Below are positions 56,984 through 64,000 of a DNA stretch of 64,000 nt, piece after piece. Position 1 is the first letter of the stretch. The number at the start of each line of letters is the position of its first letter. Origin of the DNA: Planctomycetota bacterium (GTDB taxonomy: Bacteria; Planctomycetota; B15-G4; JADJEK01); NCBI GenBank assembly GCA_044225365.1, contig JBGAIQ010000013.1, positions 80,261-144,260 of the forward strand, written 5' to 3'. A program made the translations under genes and the position numbers. The notes below the pieces were generated by a model. It did no database searches, was not told the DNA's origin, and saw only the letters and a list, made by a program, of their open reading frames with translations.

Positions 56984-58797
56984 CGGGACATCTCCGCAGT
57001 CATGTGCTTCTTCGACTTCTCGCCTTCGAGGACGCCTTCGACGATCGACGTCGCGTCGATCGGCAGGCCGTTGTAGTGACGAACTGAGTGCAGCTTGTGG
57101 GCGATGTCGCCGCAATGCAGCTTGATGAGATCCGCCATCTGTCCGTCACGATTCTGCTCGACGACGTAGATGCGCTCGTGGCGAGCGATGTAGTCGGTCA
57201 GCTTCTCGTCGAACGGGATCGCGCGCAGCCGCAGGTAGTCCGTCTTCACGCCTTGCGCCGCGAGGCGATCGCGCGCTTCGCCGATCGAGTGATCCGTCGT
57301 GCCGTAGGCGATGAGACCGATCGAATGGCCCTTCGAGTCGACGACCGGCGCGGGGACGGCCTTGCGCGCCGTCTCGTACTTCTTCGCGAGCCGATCCATC
57401 ATCTTGAGGTAGTCCTGCGGCTTCTCCGAGTAGTTCGCGTTCTCGTCGTGGCCAGAGCCACGCGTGAAGTACGCCGCAGCCGGATGGTCGGTGCCGGGCA
57501 GCGTGCGGTACGGGATGCCGTCGCCGTCGACGTCCTTGTAGCGACTGAACGTGCCGAGCTTCGCGAGATCTTCCTTGGTGAGAACCTTGCCGCGATCGTA
57601 CGCGCGGTCGAGATACGGGAACGGATCGGACATCCAGTTGTTCATGCCGAGGTCGAGGTCGGACATCACGAACACGGGCGTCTGGAACCGTTCGGCGAGA
57701 TCGAATGCAGTGAACGCGAATTCGTAGCACTCACCGACGGACGACGGGAGCAGCAGGATGTGTTTGGTGTCGCCGTGAGAGAGCGTCGCGGTGAATGCGA
57801 TGTCGCATTGCGCGGTGCGGGTGGGAAGTCCGGTCGAAGGTCCGACGCGCTGGACGTCCCAGATCACGATCGGGATCTCGGCCCAGTATGCGAGGCCGAC
57901 GAACTCCGACATGAGCGAGATACCGGGGCCGGCGGTCGAGGTCATCGCGCGCGCGCCCGCCCAGGCGGCGCCGACGACCATGCCGACGGACGCGAGTTCG
58001 TCCTCGGCCTGCACCACGGCGTAGGTCGCCTTGCCGTCCTTGTCGTGACGGAAGCGTTTCATGTAGTCGATCGCCGACTCGCAGAGCGAGGAGCTCGGCG
58101 TGATCGGATACCACGCGAGGAACGTGAGGCCGGCAAAGGTGGCGCCGAGGCCCGCGGCCGCGTTGCCGTCGATGATGATCTTGCCCTGCGTGGCGTTCAT
58201 CGGCTCGATGCGCCACGGGATCTCGATCGGGTTCGCCTTCGCCCATTCGATGCCGACGCGGACCGCTTGCTTGTTGAGCTCGGCCGCCTTCGCCTTGCCT
58301 TTGAACTGCTTGTCGACCGCCTGGTCGACTGCATCGAGATCGAGCCCGATGTAATGACCAAGGACTCCCACGTAGATCATGTTCACGAGGAGCTTGCGGA
58401 CCTTCACTTCCTTCGTGGCCTGGGTCACGAGGGTGTTGAAGGGCACCCTCAGCGTCTTGATGTCCGTCCGATCCTTGGTGATCGCGATCGCGTCGTTGAG
58501 GATGAAGAGCGAACCCGCGGGGAGGGCGGCGAGGTCGTCGTTCGCCGTCGCGGCGTTCATCGCGATCAGGCAGTCGAGTTCCTTCTTTCGGCCCACGTAG
58601 CCCTGCTTGTTGGCGCGGATCGTGTACCACGTCGGCAGGCCGGCGATGTTCGACGGGAAGAGGTTCTTCCCGGACACCGGCACGCCCATGTTGAAGATCG
58701 CGCGCATCAGGACGAGGTTCGCGGATTGTGAACCCGAACCGTTCACGGTCGCGACCTGCACGTTGAAGTCATTGACGATCGGAGCGACGGTTTTCAC
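56980..58797 (-). CDS. 2-oxoacid:acceptor oxidoreductase alpha subunit
   Basis: NGSGSQSAN, YPITPSS, QAEDE, TSTAGPG, QRVGPSTGLPT; GTG start inferred. Confidence 0.95.
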   Translation of the reverse strand: MKTVAPIVNDFNVQVATVNGSGSQSANLVLMRAIFNMGVPVSGKNLFPSNIAGLPTWYTIRANKQGYVGRKKELDCLIAMNAATANDDLAALPAGSLFILNDAIAITKDRTDIKTLRVPFNTLVTQATKEVKVRKLLVNMIYVGVLGHYIGLDLDAVDQAVDKQFKGKAKAAELNKQAVRVGIEWAKANPIEIPWRIEPMNATQGKIIIDGNAAAGLGATFAGLTFLAWYPITPSSSLCESAIDYMKRFRHDKDGKATYAVVQAEDELASVGMVVGAAWAGARAMTSTAGPGISLMSEFVGLAYWAEIPIVIWDVQRVGPSTGLPTRTAQCDIAFTATLSHGDTKHILLLPSSVGECYEFAFTAFDLAERFQTPVFVMSDLDLGMNNWMSDPFPYLDRAYDRGKVLTKEDLAKLGTFSRYKDVDGDGIPYRTLPGTDHPAAAYFTRGSGHDENANYSEKPQDYLKMMDRLAKKYETARKAVPAPVVDSKGHSIGLIAYGTTDHSIGEARDRLAAQGVKTDYLRLRAIPFDEKLTDYIARHERIYVVEQNRDGQMADLIKLHCGDIAHKLHSVRHYNGLPIDATSIVEGVLEGEKSKKHMTAEMSR

Positions 58798-59002
58798 GAA
58801 GTTCGTCCCGCGCGGCGCGGGTCCATTGGAACGGGGTTCTGGGAGCCATCGAAAACCACGGATTGCGGGCACCGTGCGATGTCGATTGCACCTCGAGTAC
58901 ATCGGCGAATCGAAGCCGGAGATCGTAGCGCAATTGGGGGGCGCTGGAAAGGGCAGGGGAAGGCCGGGGGGAGGCCGCGACGGCTTGCCGCAGGCCATGC
59001 TC

Positions 59003-59154
59003 GGACCGCCGGGCTCCGTCCGGCATTCGTACGGCTGGGGATCCATATGCCACGCTGGAGCGTGGCGGTCCGGTCCGATCCGCCGGGCCGCCGGGCTCCG
59101 CCCGGCATCCCTAGGACTTGGGAAACCATATGCCACGCTGGAGCGTGGCGGTCC
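59003..59154. repeat. REP/REPIN-like cluster C (inverted relative to A and B)
   Basis: ATGCCACGCTGGAGCGTGGCGGTCC at 59047-59071 and 59130-59154, each preceded by a GG(A/G)CCGCCGGGCTCCG(T/C)CCGGCAT partner. Confidence 0.88.
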
Positions 59155-59164
59155 GGTCCGCGGT

Positions 59165-60094
59165 TCAAGCGCGTTCTGCGGACGCGAGGTATTCCCACTC
59201 CAGCAGGGCCTGCGAACCGGCACCGGACGGGAGGTACTTCGCCACGAGGCCGCGTTCGTCGATCTGTTCGATCAACTCGAGGCCGCATTCGCGCAAGGTG
59301 TTCGAGAGCGCGTCCTTGCCGATCGCGAACCGGAACGGTTCACCCGCGATCTTCAGCATCGCGGACATCGTCTTGCCCCATTCGCCGGCGTGCGGTTTGC
59401 CGGTCGAATCCGTCGCGAGGTAGCTGAAGAGGAGCCGCGAGCGCGGGGTCGCGACTCGCGCGGCGGCGCGCAGGACCTCCTTCGCATTGGCCTCGTCGAG
59501 GTACATGATGACGCCCTCGGCGATGAAGAGCGTAGGGCGCGAGGCGTCGGCGGTCTTCTGCGAAAGGAGCGCGCGATCGACCGATCCATGGGCGAGATCG
59601 ACGACGAAGAAGTCGAGGTTCGAAGGCACGGACGGTCGTCCGTCGGCGACCGCGACCATCTTCAGCGCCTTGTACTTCTCGTGCTGCGAGGGCCGAGTAT
59701 CGACCTCGAAGAACAGCACGTTCGGGAACTCTTGGGCCAATCGGTAGGCGAGGCTGTCGTAGCCCGCGCCGATGACGACGACCTGGGTGAAGCCCTCCGC
59801 GATCGCCCGGCGGACCTCGTCGTCGAACCAGCGCTTGCGCAATGCGAGGTGCAGCATGCCGCCTTGCATCGGTCCGCCGCGGTCGAGCAGGCGCGACACG
59901 ACGCGAAACGGTCCGGAGTGCGTGAATCGCTCGAGCGCGGGCAGCGTGACGACGGCGGCATCGACGATGCGCTTCGTCAGCTCGATGCTGCCTTTCGGTG
60001 CCACCGCCGACCAGGACGGATGGTCCTTCAGCAGGGCGAACGATCGCGCGATCTGCAGCGCGGTCCGACTCGGGCGTAGGGGTCCTTGCGACAT
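59165..60094 (-). CDS. SAM-dependent methyltransferase (leucine carboxyl methyltransferase family)
   Basis: PSRTA, RKRWFD, QVVVIGAGYDS, FFEVD, FIAEGVIMYL. Confidence 0.9.
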   Translation of the reverse strand: MSQGPLRPSRTALQIARSFALLKDHPSWSAVAPKGSIELTKRIVDAAVVTLPALERFTHSGPFRVVSRLLDRGGPMQGGMLHLALRKRWFDDEVRRAIAEGFTQVVVIGAGYDSLAYRLAQEFPNVLFFEVDTRPSQHEKYKALKMVAVADGRPSVPSNLDFFVVDLAHGSVDRALLSQKTADASRPTLFIAEGVIMYLDEANAKEVLRAAARVATPRSRLLFSYLATDSTGKPHAGEWGKTMSAMLKIAGEPFRFAIGKDALSNTLRECGLELIEQIDERGLVAKYLPSGAGSQALLEWEYLASAERA

Positions 60095-60184
60095 CGAGGA
60101 AGAGCAAAGCGGATATGCAGGGCAGATCAAGAGATCGCTTCGATGGAATCTTCTCCTTCGCGTGGGCGCGCTAGACTCGGAGCC

Positions 60185-60634
60185 ATGCAATTCCGCAATG
60201 ATTGGTTGAGTTCTCGTCGAGGCGTCGTCGTCGCCGGCATCCTCCTTCCTTGCGCCCTCGTCTTCGCCTGCGCGGACTCGAAGTCGGCGGATCCACCGCC
60301 ACCGAACTACACGGGGCCCGTTCCGGGCGCGAAGGGTCAATACGTACTGAATTCGCTGAAGGGCAAGATCCTGAAGGACGAAACGGGAGCCTTCGGTGGC
60401 GGCGAATGGACGATTGACGAGTTCGCAGTGATCCCGAATCCGGTCTCCACGCAAGGCCCGGTGCTTGCGATGAAACAGGGCGGCGTCTTGCGATATCTTC
60501 CGATCGAGAACGACGGCGACATCGCCGACCTCGTGTTGCGCGTCACCGGTGAGCGTTCGCCCCTCGTGAAGGGCACACCATCGGTTGCGTACCGCAACGC
60601 GATGAAGCTCGAGTCCGCTCACCCGGAGAAGTGA
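60185..60634 (+). CDS. Hypothetical lipoprotein
   Basis: GGAG RBS, hydrophobic stretch with VFAC lipobox, typical codon usage. Confidence 0.65.
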   Translation: MQFRNDWLSSRRGVVVAGILLPCALVFACADSKSADPPPPNYTGPVPGAKGQYVLNSLKGKILKDETGAFGGGEWTIDEFAVIPNPVSTQGPVLAMKQGGVLRYLPIENDGDIADLVLRVTGERSPLVKGTPSVAYRNAMKLESAHPEK

Positions 60635-60658
60635 GCGCCGTCGCGCGAAAGAGCGCGT

Positions 60659-63124
60659 TCATTCGCTCCGCGGATGAAGTTGGTAGTGGCCGGACGGCTG
60701 CGTCGGAAAGACGATCCCGCCGCCGTCGCGCTTCGTTGCGACGGGCTTTCCTGCATCGTCGACGACCTCGAACGATTTCGCGGCATACGGAATTCGCACA
60801 CGACACGGCTCGCCCATCTTCGACAAGAGCGTCGCGTTCGTGAGTGCGCCGTCCTTCCACGCCATCGAAACCTCGAACGCGCCGCGCGCGCACATTCCGT
60901 TCACACTTCCTGTCGCCCACGCCTTGGGGAGGGCGGGGAGGAATTCGATCGCGCCGGTGTGGCTCTGCAGCAGCATTTCCGCGACGGCGGCGGTCGCGCC
61001 AAAGTTGGCGTCGATCTGGAACGGCGGGTGATTACCGAAGAGATTCGGCAGAGTGCAGTTCGAAAGCAGGTGACGATAGTGCGTGTAGGCGGCCTCGCCG
61101 TCGTGGAGGCGCGCGAAGAATGCGACGATCCACGCGCGGCTCCAGCCCGTCCCGCCGCTCCCGTTCTCGAGGCGCCGCTCGAGCGTCACGCGCGCGGCCT
61201 TCGCGAGGTCGGGCGTGCCGTTGGGCGTGATCTCGCGGCCGGGAAAGAGCGCGAAGAGCGGTGAGATGTGGCGGTGGCCGGGTTCGGTTTCTTCGTAGTC
61301 GTTCGGCCATTCCTGGATCTGGCCGAGCTTGCCGATTGCGATCGGCGCGAGTCGTGCGCGCGTCGCGGAGAGCTGGTTCGCGAACTCGGAGTCGATGCCG
61401 AGCACCGTCGCGGCTTCGATCGTCTCGGCGAAGAGTTCGGACCAGATCTCCTGGTCCATCGCAGGCCCCATGCAGATGCTCGCCGTTTGGCCGTCCGCGG
61501 TGCGGTACGCGTTCTCCGGAGAATTCGCGGGGCCCGAGACGAGGCGGTGCGATTTCGGGTCCTCGACGAGGAAGTCGAGGCCGAACTCGCAGGCTTCCTT
61601 CATCGTCGGGTACGCGCGCTTCAGGAATTCGCGATCGCGCGTGAAGGCCCAATGCTCGTAGAGATGGGTACAGAGCCAGGCCGCCGCGGTCGGGAACAGG
61701 CCCCACGACGGGCTCTCGCCGGGCGAGGTGTAGCCGAACGGATTGCTGATCGTGTGCGCGACGAAGCCGCGCGCGCCGTAGCAAGTTTCTGCGGTCCTTC
61801 GTCCCGGCTCGCGAAGGGACTCGATGAAGTCGAAGAGCGGCTCGGCGCACGTCGACAGGTTCGTCGTCTCTGCGGGCCAGTAGTTCATCTGCAGGTTGAT
61901 GTTCAGGTGGTAGTCGCAGTTCCACGGCGCATGGTAGTGGTTGCACCAAATGCCTTGGAGGTTCGCGGGCAGGTCGCCGGGTTGCGAAGAGCTCGCGAGA
62001 AGGTAGCGGCCGAATTGGAAGAAGAGCGCTTCGAGCGAAGGGTCGGCTTTGCCTTGTTTGTATGCAGCGAGGCGTTGGTCGAGGGAGAGGGATTCACGCT
62101 CATGACCACCGAGATCGAGAACGGCTGCGTCCATCCTCGAGGGCTCCTTCAATCGGGTGGTCGGCGGATCGCTCGCGCTCACCCGGGAAGGCGATTCGTC
62201 ATAGAGTATGCCGAGAGTGCCCACGCATTCCCTTGCCACGGCTTCCGCGTCCGTCCCCGTTCCTGCGCAAAGAGCGATTCCCCAGGTTTTTGTGCCGCGC
62301 ACGACGAGGGTATCGCCGTCGATCGTGGAAGTCCCATCGACCATGCTTGCGTTGACGGCAGCCGCAAATGCAACACCGCCGGTCTCGGAGGATCGGCCGG
62401 ACATCACTAAGTAATGGTAGGACCTCTTGGCATCGAGCGTTCCCGCGCTGCCCGGATCATGGGGAACGAAACGAAGCGGGCTCGCATTGTTCCATGGCTT
62501 CGATGCACTCGTGGGACTGCGATCGAGGTGGATTCGCAGCGACAATCCCTCTTTGCGTGTACTCGTGAGCTCGATCTCGATGACGCCCAATCCGAAGGCA
62601 TGGGATCCAACGCGACTCTCGATCATGGCATCGCCGACCTTGAAGCGCGTGGTCGCGACGCCGGTCATGAGGTCAAGCGTCCGCTCGTAGTCCTTCGCGT
62701 TCTCGACGCCGTCCATCTCGATCCACAGATCCCCGAGCGTCTGATACGACCCGAAGTCCGCGTCGGCGCCGTCGCCGCCGTGCGAACCCGGGCCCTTGCA
62801 CACGAGCGTGCGATCCGCGAGCGCCTGCGCTTCGCTGGCCTTGCCTTGGAAGAGCAGTTCGCGGATCTTCGGGATCGCTTCGCGCATCGCGGGCGAATCG
62901 GCGTCCTGCTTCTTTCCCGTCCACAGCGACTTCAGGTTGAGCTGGATGCGCTCGAGCGAGGTGCCGCCGTAGACCATCGCGCCGAGGCTGCCATCGCCGA
63001 TCGGGAAGGCCTGCGTCCAGTCGTTCGCGGGCTTGTCGAATCGGATGATCGAGGCTGGCGGGTCGGCCGCGATCGCAAGGGGGGCAATGCCGGCGCAGAC
63101 GAAGAGGAGGCTGAGACGTCGCAT
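60659..63124 (-). CDS. Glycoside hydrolase family 95 (alpha-L-fucosidase)
   Basis: [58 protein letters not shown]. Confidence 0.93.
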   Translation of the reverse strand: MRRLSLLFVCAGIAPLAIAADPPASIIRFDKPANDWTQAFPIGDGSLGAMVYGGTSLERIQLNLKSLWTGKKQDADSPAMREAIPKIRELLFQGKASEAQALADRTLVCKGPGSHGGDGADADFGSYQTLGDLWIEMDGVENAKDYERTLDLMTGVATTRFKVGDAMIESRVGSHAFGLGVIEIELTSTRKEGLSLRIHLDRSPTSASKPWNNASPLRFVPHDPGSAGTLDAKRSYHYLVMSGRSSETGGVAFAAAVNASMVDGTSTIDGDTLVVRGTKTWGIALCAGTGTDAEAVARECVGTLGILYDESPSRVSASDPPTTRLKEPSRMDAAVLDLGGHERESLSLDQRLAAYKQGKADPSLEALFFQFGRYLLASSSQPGDLPANLQGIWCNHYHAPWNCDYHLNINLQMNYWPAETTNLSTCAEPLFDFIESLREPGRRTAETCYGARGFVAHTISNPFGYTSPGESPSWGLFPTAAAWLCTHLYEHWAFTRDREFLKRAYPTMKEACEFGLDFLVEDPKSHRLVSGPANSPENAYRTADGQTASICMGPAMDQEIWSELFAETIEAATVLGIDSEFANQLSATRARLAPIAIGKLGQIQEWPNDYEETEPGHRHISPLFALFPGREITPNGTPDLAKAARVTLERRLENGSGGTGWSRAWIVAFFARLHDGEAAYTHYRHLLSNCTLPNLFGNHPPFQIDANFGATAAVAEMLLQSHTGAIEFLPALPKAWATGSVNGMCARGAFEVSMAWKDGALTNATLLSKMGEPCRVRIPYAAKSFEVVDDAGKPVATKRDGGGIVFPTQPSGHYQLHPRSE

Positions 63125-63210
63125 GCGGGGAGTGTAGTCGCTCGCGGCGGAAGTACCCGTGGATCGCCCGTTCAAAGGCGTCTGCCGCCCGCGTCCGAAA
63201 CCGCCAAAGA

Positions 63211-63373
63211 CGGCGGCGGCTGCGATCCGAAACCGCCGAATCGGCGGCGGCGGCTGCGATCCGAAACCGCCGAATCGGCGGCGGCGGCTGCGATGCGTGA
63301 CCGCCGAATCGGCGGCGGCGGCTGCGATCCGAAACCGCCGAATCGGCGGCGGCGGCTGCGATGCGTGACCGCC
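63211..63373 (-). repeat. Tandem 34-bp repeat (about 5 copies), related to the 31-bp array
   Basis: Plus-strand unit CGGCGGCGGCGGCTGCGATCCGAAACCGCCGAAT alternating with a GATGCGTGACC variant. Confidence 0.88.
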
Positions 63374-63379
63374 GCGGCG

Positions 63380-64000
63380 TCAACTCATGAAGCGGCGCCA
63401 GTCGGCGAGGCTCTTCACCTGGAAGACGTGATTCGAGCGGCGGGTCGCGCCGAGGGTGGCGCTCGGGTCTTCGCTGTAGAGGTGGCCGGGATAGAGGATC
63501 GTGTCGTCGGGGAGTTTGGCGAGGCGTTCGTGGAGGGAGCGGTACATCTCGTCGGAGTCGCCGCCCGGAAGGTCGGTTCGGCCGCAGCCCTGAAGGAAGA
63601 GCGTGTCGCCCGCGACGAGACGATGGCCGACGAGGAAGCACTGGCTGCCGGGCGTGTGCCCTGGAGTGTGGAGCAGTTTGATCGGAGTCGTGCCGACGTT
63701 CACATCGTCGCCGCTCTCATGCAGCGCGAGGTCGCTCGCCGAAACGCCTGTGCATCGCGTGATCCATTCGGCTTCCGTCTTCTGACAATGCACTTTCACG
63801 GGATTCAGTTCGAGAAGACGCACGATCCCTTCGACGACTCCAAGTCCCGGAAATGCACCACCGACGTGATCGGGGTGATAATGCGTCGCGAGCGCTCCTT
63901 TGACCTTCATCGAGTCCGCGGCGGCGATGTCGAGGATGCCCTCGACGTCCCAAGCGGGATCGACGACGAAGCACTCGCCCTTCGAGCGGTCGCCGATGAG
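63380..64000 (-). CDS. Metallo-beta-lactamase-fold hydrolase (glyoxalase II-like), 5' end outside window
   Basis: THYHPDH, HTPGHTPG, GDTLF..GCGRTD, LYPGH; frame stays open to the window edge (LIGDRSKGECFVVDPAWD). Confidence 0.9.
   Translation of the reverse strand, partial: LIGDRSKGECFVVDPAWDVEGILDIAAADSMKVKGALATHYHPDHVGGAFPGLGVVEGIVRLLELNPVKVHCQKTEAEWITRCTGVSASDLALHESGDDVNVGTTPIKLLHTPGHTPGSQCFLVGHRLVAGDTLFLQGCGRTDLPGGDSDEMYRSLHERLAKLPDDTILYPGHLYSEDPSATLGATRRSNHVFQVKSLADWRRFMS

Noticed and set aside
58798-59223. Long N-terminal extension of the oxidoreductase alpha subunit
   Set aside because: It translates REP repeats and promoter DNA; family similarity begins at VNDF.

Overview
High-GC bacterial chromosomal window; the gene content (ECF sigma with Ser/Thr kinases, FG-GAP and CarboxypepD_reg proteins, DUF3352-like lipoprotein) suggests a Planctomycetota-like organism (inference). 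About 45 CDSs can be supported. They include an ECF sigma factor with two tandem kinase-TM-WD40 paralogues, several secreted beta-propeller proteins, rimO-pgsA-pgpA, a glycogen debranching enzyme, SNF2-SWIM-S1/P1 nuclease, GH2 and GH95 glycosidases, the Ku-LigD NHEJ pair and 2-oxoacid:ferredoxin oxidoreductase. I found no rRNA, tRNA, CRISPR array or transposase. The most notable observations are: (1) an 80-aa stand-alone copy of the kinases' N-terminal module, encoded divergently from an ECF sigma that has Ser in place of the acidic DAED motif; (2) a shared C-terminal domain on unrelated secreted proteins; (3) three sigma54-type promoters in front of stress/NHEJ genes; (4) two apparent pseudo-enzymes; (5) four kinds of intergenic repeat or hairpin element. 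Start codons were adjusted by eye where the ORF track over-extends, and family assignments come from recalled motifs, not database searches.
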